The notes: generated by a model from the sequence alone, not told the origin. DNA of 64,000 bases from Candidatus Latescibacterota bacterium (GCA_965222605.1 OZ244960.1:928001-992000), one strand, 5' to 3'; shown: positions 9,201-18,542, counted from the first letter of the stretch. Made by a program: numbers and translations.

Positions 9201-12199
9201 TGCGCTATTATCTGTCAACCGATGAGACAATCTCGACAAGTGATACAGAAGTGGGTACGGACTATGTGTTCCGCCTTGATGCTTCTGAGACCGGTAATGA
9301 ATCTGTTCGTTTGAAGGCTCCATCGAGTGAAGGCACATATTACTATGGAGCCTGTGTTGAAAGCATCAGCGGGGAGAGCGATACGGGCAACAACTGCTCC
9401 AGTGCTGTCACCGTCACTGTTAGTGGTCCTGACTTAATCGTCGAATCGCCTTCGATCAATAATAACACCCCGACACCCGGGCGATTAATCCGACTGAGCA
9501 CCACTGTTCGCAATCAGGGAGACGGGCGGGCTCCCTCTACGACATTGCGCTATTATCAGTCAACCGACGAGACGATTGATCAGAGTGATACAGAAATAGA
9601 TACAGACTATGTTAGCTCCCTTGACCCTTCTGAAACCAGTGATGAGTGGGATTCTTTCTCAGCCCCGTCGAGTGCTGGCACATATTACTATGGCGCCTGT
9701 GTCGATGCAGTCACTGGCGAATCCGACACGGGTAACAACTGCTCCAGTGCTGTCACAGTAACTGTAAGGAGCGCCCCCCCTCCACCCGCTCCCAATCAGC
9801 CCCCAGTATTCAGTGAAGGCGCGAGCACGACCCGCAGTCTGACAGAGAACACAGGGGCAGGTCAGAACGTCGGGAACCCGGTCAGCGCAACAGATAGCGA
9901 CAGCGACCGCCTCACCTACAGTCTCCAGGGCAGGGATGCCTCTGCATTCACCATCATCTCAGGTAGTGGTCAACTCAGGACCCGGTCAGGTGTAAGCTAT
10001 GACTATGAGACCAAGGATAGCTATTCGGTAACCGTGCGAGTGCAGGATGGCGAAGGCGGAAGTGCAACCATTAGCGTGACCATCACCCTCACCGATGAGA
10101 ACGAACCACCAGATAGACCAGATGCACCTGTAGTCACAGCCTCAACATTGAACAGTCTGAGCCTGCGCTGGACAGCGCCGACTAATCCCGGTCCTGCCAT
10201 CAATGACTACGACGTGCAATACAGGGAAGCAGGAGGCAGCTTCAACGACTGGCCCCATACTGGGACTGGCACGACGACAACAATCACGGGCTTGACCGCG
10301 AACACCCGTTACGAGGTACAGGTGCGAGCACGAAATGCACAGGGCGAAAGCTCCTGGTCGCCATCGGTTACCGGGACAACCATAGCCAATCAGTCCCCAG
10401 TGTTCAGCGAAGGTGTGAGCACGACGCGCAGCACAGCCGAGAACACAGGCGCAGGGCAGAACATCGGAAATCCGGTCAGCGCGACAGATGGCGACAACGA
10501 CCAGCTTACCTACAGCCTTGAAGGCAGGGATGCCTCTGCATTCACCGTCCAGCAAAATAGTGGTCAACTTACGACCAGGTCAGGCGAAACGTATGACTAT
10601 GAGACAAAGGACAGCTATTCGGTAACCGTGCGGGCACAGGACGACAAAGGCGGCAGTGCAACTATTAGCGTGGAGATCACCCTCACCGACGAAAACGAAC
10701 CGCCGGGCAGACCTGCTGCGCCCACAGTGATGGCCTCGTCGAATACCCTGAGCGTGCGTTGGTCAGAACCGGGAAATACCGGTCCTGCCATCAGCGACTA
10801 CGATGTGCAATACAGGGAGTCAGGAGGCAGTTTCACCAACTGGCCCCATATTGGGCCGAGCCTGAGCACGACGATTAGAGGCTTGATGCCTGAGACCCCT
10901 TACGAAGTACAGGTGCGAGCAACCAATGACGAAGGCACGAGCGACTGGTCGCCATCGGACAGTGGCACGACCAGTCGTCCCGCTCCCGGCTTTGCCCCGG
11001 TAGATCAGAATGCATTCAATACATTTGTCTTTGATAAAGTCCTATCAGTAGAGACCTATTATATCGAGTTTTTATCTACTGGTCGTTTCGAGGAAAACAA
11101 TCAATATCCGGGAAGCTATACATATTCAAATACCGGCTCGAATACGGGCATACTGACGCAAAACTATGATGGAGGGCAGTTGGGCGGTACCTGTACAATC
11201 GAAATGACCTTCTCTTCAACAACCACAGGCACTTTGCGCTACAAATGTGGTAGCGATGAAAACTACAATTCACCCCAGCAGTGGCGGCTTTCCGATGCGC
11301 CCGACCCCAACGCCTTTAATATCGAAGTCATTTGGGTCGGCAGCGAGCCTTCTGAACATCACAGGGCAGCCTTCAATGCCTCGGTTACGCGTTGGGAGAA
11401 CATTATCACGAGTGACATCACCGATGTTTTTGTTAGCGCAGATGAAGGGGGAGAGATCGACGGCGTTAAGGTCTTCGGTCTTGTAGATGACCTGCAGATC
11501 TACGCAAGCCTCACTAATATTGACGGCCCAGGTGAAACCCTGGGGAGTGCTGGTCCTCGAGAAATGCGCGGGCAATCAAAATTGCCGATTGTAGCGCGAA
11601 TGAGATTCGACACGTCTGACCTGGGCGATTTTACGCTTGAAGCTCTGCAAGATCTCTATCTGCATGAGATGGGGCATTGTTTGGGGATCGGCACTGTGTG
11701 GGAACGCCTCGGCCTGTTAAAAAATCCGTCGATTGATTACATCTTTTTTATTTTTCCCGTAGAAGTGGATGATGCCGATACGCATTTCGCAGGTGCAGAG
11801 GCGATTGAAGCGTTCAATGACGCAGGCGGAACGGACTACGCGGATGGGAAGGTACCGGTGGAGAATGAGAAAGGGGGACAGGGTACACGAGACGGTCATT
11901 GGCGGCAGTCTGTGTTCGGCCCCCATGAACTCATGGAAGGATTCGCTTCTCCCAGTGCTGCGATGCGCCAACCGTTGAGCGCGATCACGATCCAGTCTCT
12001 ATCCGATCTGGGCTACATCGTCAATGTCGGTCAGGCAGACGCGTACACACTGCCCTCTCCTACCGCTGCTAAATTGGCGATAGCATCTGAGCACCAGGTC
12101 CCGATTAACTGCCTCCTGATAGAACCCATCGGCGAGATTGATGAATACAAGCCTATCGAGTTAAAGCCCAAGCGCTTGAAGAAGCGTGAGGATCAATGA
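3260..12199 (+). CDS. 2979-aa surface protein: signal peptide, cohesin-like domain, dockerin-like EF-hand pair, 11 CARDB-like, 6 FN3 and 4 cadherin-like domains, C-terminal M8-like peptidase
   Basis: Counted motifs: 11x YYGAC..SDTGNNCSS, 6x YEVQVRA, 4x NQxPVFSEG..YDYET. Also DFDGSGIVDFPDF...DLNSDGKIAFED, HEMGHCLG and GHW...ELM. Confidence 0.88.
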   Translation: MKPPVKFLSFILSITSLLSLIFLIYPRSLSPQTRSFSLSLDLDNSVGDQAASSLDASPNQVISIQIFGKDIQNANGFSTLFEYDATQVVYEKFDVGDILPNPLVEQDSITVLQHNATSVVQIDMTSLDEATTANSSLIGTLRFRTTDAFSNTEIRLVRAGLDREGQFEIVTTTTSVALGIASPSLDFDGSGIVDFPDFLMFVSAFGSEEGQDKYDSKYDLNSDGKIAFEDLLILTDNFGKSVVAQKSPTPPTPPTSPGQGNARPDLIVESPKVSDSNPEAGDYFTLSVTVRNQGTGNSPILMRLSYYLSTDETISTSDTEVGWDLVSRLDPSETSDESDRVRAPSSGGTYYYGACIEVVSGESDTGNNCSSAVAVTVLGSDLIVESPSVDNNTPGPGESFYLSATVRNQGGGRSSSTTLRYYLSTDETITTSDTEVGTDYVSRLDASETSEESVRLSAPSSEGTYYYGACVEAASGESDTGNNCSSAVAVTVIGPDLIVEPPSVSDSSPDAGAYFTLSATVRNQGGSRSDFTTLRYYLSTDETISTSDTEVTTDFVSRLDPSEAGDESARIRAPSSAGTYYYGACVESVTGESDTGNNCSTAVTVTVGGTSPPPPPPPTPTPSGSPGRPDAPTVTASTLNSLSVRWSAPTNTGSAISDYDVQYREAGGSFTDWPHTGTSTTTTITGLTANTRYEVQVRARNAQGESNWSPSGSGTTSSSGGSGNNPDLIVETPTVSDSSPIAGSYFKMRTLVRNQGGGRSASTTLRYYLSTDETITTDDTEIGTDYLSRFYTTNHESVTLQAPSSEGTYYYGACVDAVTGESDTGNNCSSAVTVTVLSSDLVVETPTVSESSPKAGAYFTLSATVRNLGGGAAHSTILRYYLSTDETITTSDTEVGTDYLSGVSAYGTNHESAYLRAPSSDGTYYYGACVEAVTGESDTGNNCSSAVTVTVGGTSPPPPPPPTPTPSGSPGRPDAPVVTSSTLNSLSLRWTAPTNTGSAISDYDIQYRATGGSFTDWPHTGTSTTTTITGLTANIRYEVQVRARNAQGESNWSPSGSGTTSSSGGSGGSGNNPDLIVESPAVSDSSPDAGAYFTLSATVRNQGGSRSASTTLRYYLSTDETITTSDTEVESDYVTRLDPSAISDESARIEAPSSEGTYYYGACVEPVDGESDTGNNCSSAITVTVLGSDLVVEPPSVSNSSPGPGASFTLSATVRNQGGGAAPSTTLRYYLSTDETITTGDQEIETSYVSSLDPSETSDERAYLNAPSSEGTYYYGACVESVTGESDTGNNCSSAVTVTVSGSDLIVESPTVDNNTPGPGESFYLSATVRNQGGSRSNYTTLRYYLSTDETITTSDTEVDTDSVTRLDPSETSEESVRLAAPSSEGTYYYGACVEAVDGESDTGNNCSSAVAVTVSGSDLIVESPTVSESSPKAGASFRLYATVRNQGGSRSASTTLRYYLSIDVTINTNDQEVDTDYVSRLAPSETSEEYAFLRAPSSDGTYYYGACVEAVTGESDTGNNCSSAVTMTVGSTTPPPPPTPNQPPVFSEGASTTRSMAENTGAGQNIGNLVSATDSDRDRLTYSLEGRDARAFTIISGSGQIRTRSGVSYDYETQNSYSVTVRAQDGKGGSATIAVTITLTDENETPGRPDAPTVTASTLNSLSLRWTTPTNSGSAISDYDVQYREAGDSFNDWPHTGTSTSTTITGLTANTRYEVQVRARNAQGVSNWSPSVTGTTTANQSPVFSEGASTTRSIAENTGAGQNIGNPVSATDGDNDQLTYSLQGRDASAFTVQSSSGQLRTRSGVTYDYETKDTYSVTVRAQDGKGGSATIAVEITLTDENEPPGRPAAPTVTASSNSLSLRWTAPTNLGPAISDYDIQYRTTGGNFTDWPHTGTSTTTAITGLAENTPYEVQVRAINDEGIGDWSPSGSGTTSSTGANNPDLIVESPSVDNNTLSPEQYFRLSATVRNQGGSRSSSTTLRYYLSTDETISTSDTEVGTDYVFRLDASETGNESVRLKAPSSEGTYYYGACVESISGESDTGNNCSSAVTVTVSGPDLIVESPSINNNTPTPGRLIRLSTTVRNQGDGRAPSTTLRYYQSTDETIDQSDTEIDTDYVSSLDPSETSDEWDSFSAPSSAGTYYYGACVDAVTGESDTGNNCSSAVTVTVRSAPPPPAPNQPPVFSEGASTTRSLTENTGAGQNVGNPVSATDSDSDRLTYSLQGRDASAFTIISGSGQLRTRSGVSYDYETKDSYSVTVRVQDGEGGSATISVTITLTDENEPPDRPDAPVVTASTLNSLSLRWTAPTNPGPAINDYDVQYREAGGSFNDWPHTGTGTTTTITGLTANTRYEVQVRARNAQGESSWSPSVTGTTIANQSPVFSEGVSTTRSTAENTGAGQNIGNPVSATDGDNDQLTYSLEGRDASAFTVQQNSGQLTTRSGETYDYETKDSYSVTVRAQDDKGGSATISVEITLTDENEPPGRPAAPTVMASSNTLSVRWSEPGNTGPAISDYDVQYRESGGSFTNWPHIGPSLSTTIRGLMPETPYEVQVRATNDEGTSDWSPSDSGTTSRPAPGFAPVDQNAFNTFVFDKVLSVETYYIEFLSTGRFEENNQYPGSYTYSNTGSNTGILTQNYDGGQLGGTCTIEMTFSSTTTGTLRYKCGSDENYNSPQQWRLSDAPDPNAFNIEVIWVGSEPSEHHRAAFNASVTRWENIITSDITDVFVSADEGGEIDGVKVFGLVDDLQIYASLTNIDGPGETLGSAGPREMRGQSKLPIVARMRFDTSDLGDFTLEALQDLYLHEMGHCLGIGTVWERLGLLKNPSIDYIFFIFPVEVDDADTHFAGAEAIEAFNDAGGTDYADGKVPVENEKGGQGTRDGHWRQSVFGPHELMEGFASPSAAMRQPLSAITIQSLSDLGYIVNVGQADAYTLPSPTAAKLAIASEHQVPINCLLIEPIGEIDEYKPIELKPKRLKKREDQ

Positions 12200-12230
12200 C
12201 ACTCACCCTTCAGAGTAGGAGGTTTCTCAC

Positions 12231-15200
12231 ATGCAAAAGATCCTATTGTTCAACCTCATCCTCTCTTTTTTTTTCGTGCAGGACAGCCTTGCCCAGACCA
12301 CCCTTGTAGGGCATAGGCGTGATGTCACTTCTGTGGCATTTTCGTCCGATGGCACAATCCTTGCTTCCGGGTCAGAGGATGATACGATCAAGCTGTGGGA
12401 TGTGGCGACGGGACGAAATATTGCCACGCTTGAAGGGCATACGGACTATGTCACTTCAGTAGCGTTTTCCCACGATGGGAAGCTACTCGCTTCCGGGTCA
12501 GAGGATGAAACAGTCAAGTTATGGGATGTGGCAACGCATACAAATACCGCCACCCTTGAAGGGCATACGGGTGAAGTCCTTTCTGTGGCATTTTCCCACG
12601 ATGGGAAGACCCTCGCCTCATCGGGAGGCTATCAAGATGAAACGGTCAGACTTTGGGATGTGGCGACGCATACAAATACCGCCACCCTTGAAGGACACAC
12701 GAGGGGGGTCCTTTCTGTGGCGTTTTCCCACGACGGAAAACTGCTCGCTTCCGGGTCAGAGGACGAAACCGTCAAACTGTGGGATGTGGCGACGGGACGA
12801 AATACCGCCACCTTTGAAGAACATACGAGTGATGTCGCTTCGGTAGCGTTCTCCCACGATGGGACAATGCTTGCTTCCGGCGGGGCGAGATTTGATAATA
12901 CGATCAAGCTGTGGGATGTGGCGACGAGACGAAATATCGCCACCCTTAGAGGGCATACGAGTGATGTCGCTTCAGTGGCATTCTCTCCCAATGGGACCAC
13001 TCTTGCTTCCGGAGGAGGAAAATTTGATAATACGGTCAAGCTGTGGGATGTGGCTGGTCAATATTCTTTCGCCACCTTTGAGCATACGGATGCCGTCACT
13101 TCAGTAGCATTTTCACCGGATGGGACGATTCTTGCGTCAGGGTCAGAGGATGAGACGGTCAAGCTGTGGGATATCTCGGAATCGCTGGTTCCCCGTCCTT
13201 TCTCGTTAGTGATAATCTCTGGTGATGACCAGCAAGGTACGCCCGGTACCGCATTGCCCAACCCCTTGATCGTTGAGGTGAGAGACAGGGACAACAATCC
13301 CCTACCGGATGTACAGGTCACTTTTACGGTCACTGCTGGTGAAGGAAAGCTCAGCGGACAGTTTACAGTTGAGCACGTAACGACCAATGCCAATGGCCGC
13401 GCACAACGGACGCTTATCCTTGGTCCTGGTCCGGGAACACACACTTTTGTTGGAGTATCTGTCCTTGAGGGTGAGTTGCTGGTGACGTTTAATGCGGTGG
13501 GCACTGGAACACCTGATGTCCTTTTCTTGCGGAACGGCCTTACCGAAGATACCCTTGTAGGGCATACGAGTAATGTGACTTCAGTGGCGTTTTCGCCCCA
13601 TGGGACATTGCTTGCATCAGGGTCAGATGACGGCACGGTTGTGCTGTGGGACGTGGCGACGAGCACAAACACGGCCACACTTGAAGATAATATTTATGGC
13701 GTTGACGCTATGGCATTTTCCCACGATGGCACAACCATCGCTACAGCGTCTATTTATAGCATCAAACTGTGGGATGTGGCGACGGGCACAAATATCGCCA
13801 CACTTGAAGGAAAATTTTTCGAATCTGTGGCGTTTTCACCCGATGGGAAAACTCTCGCTTCCGCATCGTGGGATGGGATCAAGCTGTGGGATATAGCGAC
13901 GCGTAAGACTACCCTCATACTTGAAGAGACGCCTTATGGCGGTGTCGAATCTGTGGTGTTTTCACCCGATGGGAAAACTCTCGCTACTGCGTCAGATGAT
14001 GGCACAATTAAACTGTGGGACGTCGCGACGGGAAACGTCTTCATTCTTAAAGGGCATACGGATGATGTCTATTCTGTGGCGTTTTCCTCTGATGGGACGA
14101 TGCTCGTGTCTGGATCAAATGATGGCACGAGCAAGCTATGGGACGTGGTGAGGCGCACAAATACCGTTACCTTTGAAGGGCATAAGGATAACGTCACTTC
14201 TGTGGGATTTTCACCCGATGGCGCGACCATCGTTTCCGGATCAGAGGATGGTACAGTCAAGCTATGGGACGTGGCGACGGGCACAAATATCGCCACACTT
14301 GAAGGCCATACAGATGAGGTTCTTTGGGTGCTTTCGGTGGCATTTTCGCCCCATGGGACGATCGTCGCTTCCGGATCAAGTGATAATACAGTCAAGCTGT
14401 GGGATGTGGCTGAGGCGGTTCAGCCACAACCTGCGGGGTTGATGATAATATCCGGCAATGACCAGCAAGGCACACCCGGTGCCGCGTTGCCCAATCCCCT
14501 GATCGTTGAAGTACGAGATCAGTACGGGAATCCCTTACCAGGTACTCAAGTCACCTTTACAGTCACCGCTGGTGAGGGGCAGTTCAGTGGTCAGCTCACG
14601 GTTGAGCACGTAACAACCGATGCCAATGGCCGCGCACAAGGGACACTCACACTTGGTCCCGGTCCGGGAACATACACTACTGTCAGGGTATCTGCTGGAC
14701 AGGAGTTTGTGATATTTACTGTTGGAACGCCCGACACGCCGCGCAGCAGAGATGGTGATTACTGGACATGGCATTTACCCGACGGCGTAACCGCACGCCT
14801 GGGCAAAGGTTGGATATTGGATATCGCGTATTCGGATGATGGCGCGCGGCTGGCGGTGGGCAGTGGCATCGGGGTTTGGATCTATAATGCACTCACCGGT
14901 GCCGAAGTTGACCTTCTCACGGAACATACGTCTGTAATCCGCAGCGTCGCGTTCAATCCGGATGGTAGCACACTCGCCGGTGGCAGTTGGGACGGTACAA
15001 TCCATCTGTGGGATGCAACCACAGGACAGCACCTGAACACGCTCACAGGACATCGGTCAGCAGTCCGCAGCGTCGCGTTCAATCCGGATGGCAGCACACT
15101 TGCCAGCGGTAGTCAGGGCGGTACAATTCGTCTTTGGGATGCCACTACAGGACAACACTTGAGAGTACTCACTGCGCTGGATGTGTTTGGAAATGCGGAG

Positions 15201-16991
15201 ATTGTCAATAGTATCGCATTCAGCCCGGATGGCAACACGCTCGCCAGTGCTGGAAAATCTTTTCTTAGTGGTATCATCCATCTATGGGATGCGGACACGG
15301 GACAGCACATGAGAAAAATCGAAGCTTTCGGCGCAGCAGGCGGAATCTGGAGTGTCGCATTCAGCCCGGATGGGAACACCCTCGTCGGTTCCACTCAGAT
15401 TCTCTCACGAGGCCATAGCGGCGATCTTTATTTGTGGGATGCGGACACAGGCACAGAGCAACGTTTAGAAAAGTCCGAGAGCGGGGATATTTTCTCTTCA
15501 GCGCCTACCTATTATTATAGCGTCGCGTTTAGTCCAGATGGCAGCACGCTGGTCAGTGGCGGCGGAAAGTTTTTTGGGGGAGGCAATATCGATCTGTGGG
15601 ATGCGGACACAGGACAGCACAAGCAGAGGCTCACAGGGCATGCGTGGCCTGTGCGGAAGGTCGCATTTAGCCCGGATGGGAAGAGGTTCGCCAGTGGAGG
15701 TGGGGAAGAACTCCTTCTGTGGGATGCTACGGGACTGCTCTTGAACACGGTCACAGGACATTCGTGGATGGGCCGCAGCGTCGCATTCAGCGCGGATGGC
15801 ACAATCGCAAGTGGCAATTGGGGCGGCACAATCGATCTGTGGGATGCGAATACAGAACAGCACAAGAAGAGGCTTCCAGGGCATGCATCTGCAGTCCGGA
15901 ACGTCGCGTTCAGCCCGGATGGTAGCACGCTCGCAAGTGTGGCGGGAAAAATAATTCGTCTGTGGGATGCAGTCACGGGACAGCGCAAGATGAGCCTCCC
16001 CAATAGATCCTATGGACAAAGCCCTGGCTCTGGCATTGGCATCGGCATTGGTGGCTTCGGCTTCGGTGACACCAGCGGCGGTCTCACTGGCATTAGACTT
16101 GGAGGCATCACCATTGGCTTTGGCCTTGGCGGCGGTAGTGGCGTTAGTGATCCCTACGCAAATGACCCTTTTATTTATTCGGTCGCGTTCTCAAGAGATG
16201 GCAGTATGCTTGCGGCTGGGTGTGGTGGAAGAGAATTTCCTGGTTGTATTGATTTTCGAAACGCTACCACAGGAGAGTTACTGCACAGGATTACAGGGCT
16301 TGAGGCGGATGTCTGGAGCGTCGCATTCAGTCCAGATGGCACGCTGGCCAGTGGAAGTACAGACGGCATCATTCGTCTGTGGGATACGACCAGCGAACAG
16401 CCCTTAAACGCATTCGAAGGGCATACGTCGGCAGTCTGGAGCGTCGCGTTCAGCTCAGATGGGAAGACACTCGCCAGTGGGGATGCAGACGGCATCATTC
16501 GCCTGTGGAATGTCACTACTGGACAACTCAAGCAGACACTCGAAGGTCATACGGATGATGTCCGAAGCATTGCGTTTAGCCCGGATGACAACATACTCGT
16601 CAGTGGGAGTTTGGACCGCACCATTCGTCTGTGGGATACTACCACCGGACAACCGGGGCAAACGCTTGAGGGACATCTATCGGAAGTCTGGAGCGTTGCA
16701 TTTAGCCGAGATGGCAGCATACTCGCCAGTGTGAGTTTGGATGGCACGATTCTGCTGTGGGACATGTCGCCGTATATCACATCTCAACCTCCTGCTCCGC
16801 CTCGACCTCCGACTCCCGACTTCGATGGCGATGGGACTATTGGCTTTCCCGACTTTTTGTTATTTGCGGCACAGTTCGGATTAAGTCGAGGCGATGCGGG
16901 CTATGACGCGCGGTATGATCTGGATGGCGATGGCACCATCGGGTTTGGTGATTTTCTGATCTTTGCCAACGCCTTTGGTAAAGAAGGATGA
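12231..16991 (+). CDS. Secreted multi-propeller WD40 protein with two Big_1/invasin-like Ig domains and a C-terminal dockerin-like domain
   Basis: RBS AGGAGG and signal peptide. Many GH...VAFS.DG..LASGS.D.T.KLWD repeats. Two ISG(D/N)DQQGTPG..LPNPLIVEVRD domains. Ends in DFDGDGTIGFPDF...YDLDGDGTIGFGDF. Confidence 0.9.
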   Translation: MQKILLFNLILSFFFVQDSLAQTTLVGHRRDVTSVAFSSDGTILASGSEDDTIKLWDVATGRNIATLEGHTDYVTSVAFSHDGKLLASGSEDETVKLWDVATHTNTATLEGHTGEVLSVAFSHDGKTLASSGGYQDETVRLWDVATHTNTATLEGHTRGVLSVAFSHDGKLLASGSEDETVKLWDVATGRNTATFEEHTSDVASVAFSHDGTMLASGGARFDNTIKLWDVATRRNIATLRGHTSDVASVAFSPNGTTLASGGGKFDNTVKLWDVAGQYSFATFEHTDAVTSVAFSPDGTILASGSEDETVKLWDISESLVPRPFSLVIISGDDQQGTPGTALPNPLIVEVRDRDNNPLPDVQVTFTVTAGEGKLSGQFTVEHVTTNANGRAQRTLILGPGPGTHTFVGVSVLEGELLVTFNAVGTGTPDVLFLRNGLTEDTLVGHTSNVTSVAFSPHGTLLASGSDDGTVVLWDVATSTNTATLEDNIYGVDAMAFSHDGTTIATASIYSIKLWDVATGTNIATLEGKFFESVAFSPDGKTLASASWDGIKLWDIATRKTTLILEETPYGGVESVVFSPDGKTLATASDDGTIKLWDVATGNVFILKGHTDDVYSVAFSSDGTMLVSGSNDGTSKLWDVVRRTNTVTFEGHKDNVTSVGFSPDGATIVSGSEDGTVKLWDVATGTNIATLEGHTDEVLWVLSVAFSPHGTIVASGSSDNTVKLWDVAEAVQPQPAGLMIISGNDQQGTPGAALPNPLIVEVRDQYGNPLPGTQVTFTVTAGEGQFSGQLTVEHVTTDANGRAQGTLTLGPGPGTYTTVRVSAGQEFVIFTVGTPDTPRSRDGDYWTWHLPDGVTARLGKGWILDIAYSDDGARLAVGSGIGVWIYNALTGAEVDLLTEHTSVIRSVAFNPDGSTLAGGSWDGTIHLWDATTGQHLNTLTGHRSAVRSVAFNPDGSTLASGSQGGTIRLWDATTGQHLRVLTALDVFGNAEIVNSIAFSPDGNTLASAGKSFLSGIIHLWDADTGQHMRKIEAFGAAGGIWSVAFSPDGNTLVGSTQILSRGHSGDLYLWDADTGTEQRLEKSESGDIFSSAPTYYYSVAFSPDGSTLVSGGGKFFGGGNIDLWDADTGQHKQRLTGHAWPVRKVAFSPDGKRFASGGGEELLLWDATGLLLNTVTGHSWMGRSVAFSADGTIASGNWGGTIDLWDANTEQHKKRLPGHASAVRNVAFSPDGSTLASVAGKIIRLWDAVTGQRKMSLPNRSYGQSPGSGIGIGIGGFGFGDTSGGLTGIRLGGITIGFGLGGGSGVSDPYANDPFIYSVAFSRDGSMLAAGCGGREFPGCIDFRNATTGELLHRITGLEADVWSVAFSPDGTLASGSTDGIIRLWDTTSEQPLNAFEGHTSAVWSVAFSSDGKTLASGDADGIIRLWNVTTGQLKQTLEGHTDDVRSIAFSPDDNILVSGSLDRTIRLWDTTTGQPGQTLEGHLSEVWSVAFSRDGSILASVSLDGTILLWDMSPYITSQPPAPPRPPTPDFDGDGTIGFPDFLLFAAQFGLSRGDAGYDARYDLDGDGTIGFGDFLIFANAFGKEG

Positions 16992-17159
16992 TAGAGAATA
17001 TGCGCTATGATTTGCGTTCTCTATTTGGCAAAGTCGCAGAAGGAGTTACTTGATGTGTCCTCCTGTCCACAGTGCAGCAGAAGTATCCAACCCATCTAAC
17101 AGCGAGATGGTTATCTGTTGCTTAGTGCAGGAACCGGGCGAGGGCAGAGGAACAGACTC

Positions 17160-18503
17160 ATGAAAACGCCAGCTATGAATTATAAATTTCTCTTACTGAT
17201 TTTAGTCTTGGCGGCCTTCGCACAAGGTATCGGCTATGGGCAAGAACCTGTCTCCCCTGTGAATGAATCAGGGACGGATGCCACATTAAGCAGGCTGACG
17301 GCCAGCCCGGTGGACATTGTCGGCTTCGACAGCGATGTAACCGAATACCATGTCGGCGTTGCGAACACAGTAACACAGGTCTCCATAACGGCTACCGCCA
17401 CAGATGCAGGCGCAACCATCGAGATAGGTAAGAGTGAGACAGATAAGAACACCGCCGCCAGTGGTTCGGTGCAGGTGATTTTGCTGGATGAGGGTCGGAA
17501 CACCGTGTATGTATGGGTTACGTCCCAGAGCGGAACTATAAAGAAAATCTATACAATCACAGTGGGCAGGAGCGTCGATTCTGCGTACGGCTGGAAGGCC
17601 ATTGACGACTTCAACACGCTGCGTGCTGCTGGAAACCGAAGCATTGACGGTATCTGGTCGGACGGAACGACCATGTGGGTGGCGGACGAAAGCGGCGACG
17701 AGAAATTGTATGCCTATGACATGATATCCAAGGAGCATGTTCCGGAAAAAGACATCAATACACTGGATGCCGCCGATAACGACGCCCCGGACGGCATCTG
17801 GTCGGACGGAACGACCATGTATGTCGCGGACGACCCGTCCTTCTTCGAGAAGATTTATGCGTACGACATGGCGACCGGGGCCCGGGACCGCGACAAAGAC
17901 ATCAATGCGCTGGAAATTTCTGGAAACGACAACCCGGAAGGCATCTGGTCGGATGGAACGACCATGTGGGTGGCGGACATCTCTGACGAGAAATTGTATG
18001 CCTATGACATGACGTCTAAGGAGCGTGTGCCGGACAAGGACTTTAATACGCTGGATGCCGCCGGAAACGACGACCCGACGGGCATCTGGTCGGATGGAAC
18101 GACCATGTGGGTGGCGGACGACTGGGACGAGAAATTGTATGCCTATGACATGATGTCTAAAGAGCGTGTCCCGGACAAAGACTTCAATACACTGAAATCT
18201 GCTGGAAACGGTGGCCCGGAAGGCATCTGGTCGGATGGGACGACCATGTGGGTGGCGGACGACTGGGACGAAAAGATCTATGCCTACAACATGCCGTCCA
18301 ACGGAGGCACCACAGCGGGTGTGACCGACTTCAATGGCGACGGTCAAACCGATTTGGCTGACTTCTTACTGTTTGTCGAACAGTTCGGATTAAGTCGTGG
18401 CGATGCGGGGTATGATGCGCGGTATGATCTGGATGGCGATGGCAGCATCGGATTTGGTGATTTTCTGATCTTTGCCAACGCCTTTGGTCAGGAAGGGACA
18501 TAG
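17160..18503 (+). CDS. Secreted protein: cadherin-like beta sandwich, five GIWSDGTTMWVAD repeats, C-terminal dockerin-like domain
   Basis: ATG at 17160 after GAGGA (17175 is an alternative start). Hydrophobic signal, DATLSRL...YTITV sandwich, five ~47-aa repeats and a terminal EF-hand pair. Confidence 0.82.
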   Translation: MKTPAMNYKFLLLILVLAAFAQGIGYGQEPVSPVNESGTDATLSRLTASPVDIVGFDSDVTEYHVGVANTVTQVSITATATDAGATIEIGKSETDKNTAASGSVQVILLDEGRNTVYVWVTSQSGTIKKIYTITVGRSVDSAYGWKAIDDFNTLRAAGNRSIDGIWSDGTTMWVADESGDEKLYAYDMISKEHVPEKDINTLDAADNDAPDGIWSDGTTMYVADDPSFFEKIYAYDMATGARDRDKDINALEISGNDNPEGIWSDGTTMWVADISDEKLYAYDMTSKERVPDKDFNTLDAAGNDDPTGIWSDGTTMWVADDWDEKLYAYDMMSKERVPDKDFNTLKSAGNGGPEGIWSDGTTMWVADDWDEKIYAYNMPSNGGTTAGVTDFNGDGQTDLADFLLFVEQFGLSRGDAGYDARYDLDGDGSIGFGDFLIFANAFGQEGT

Positions 18504-18542
18504 AATTGACCTATCTCTGTATCCGCCTATTTATATTAATCA

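Noticed and set aside
17286-18347. 353-aa minus-strand repetitive ORF and similar antisense ORFs over the repeat genes
   Set aside because: Mirror of the plus-strand repeat codons; no RBS or independent features.
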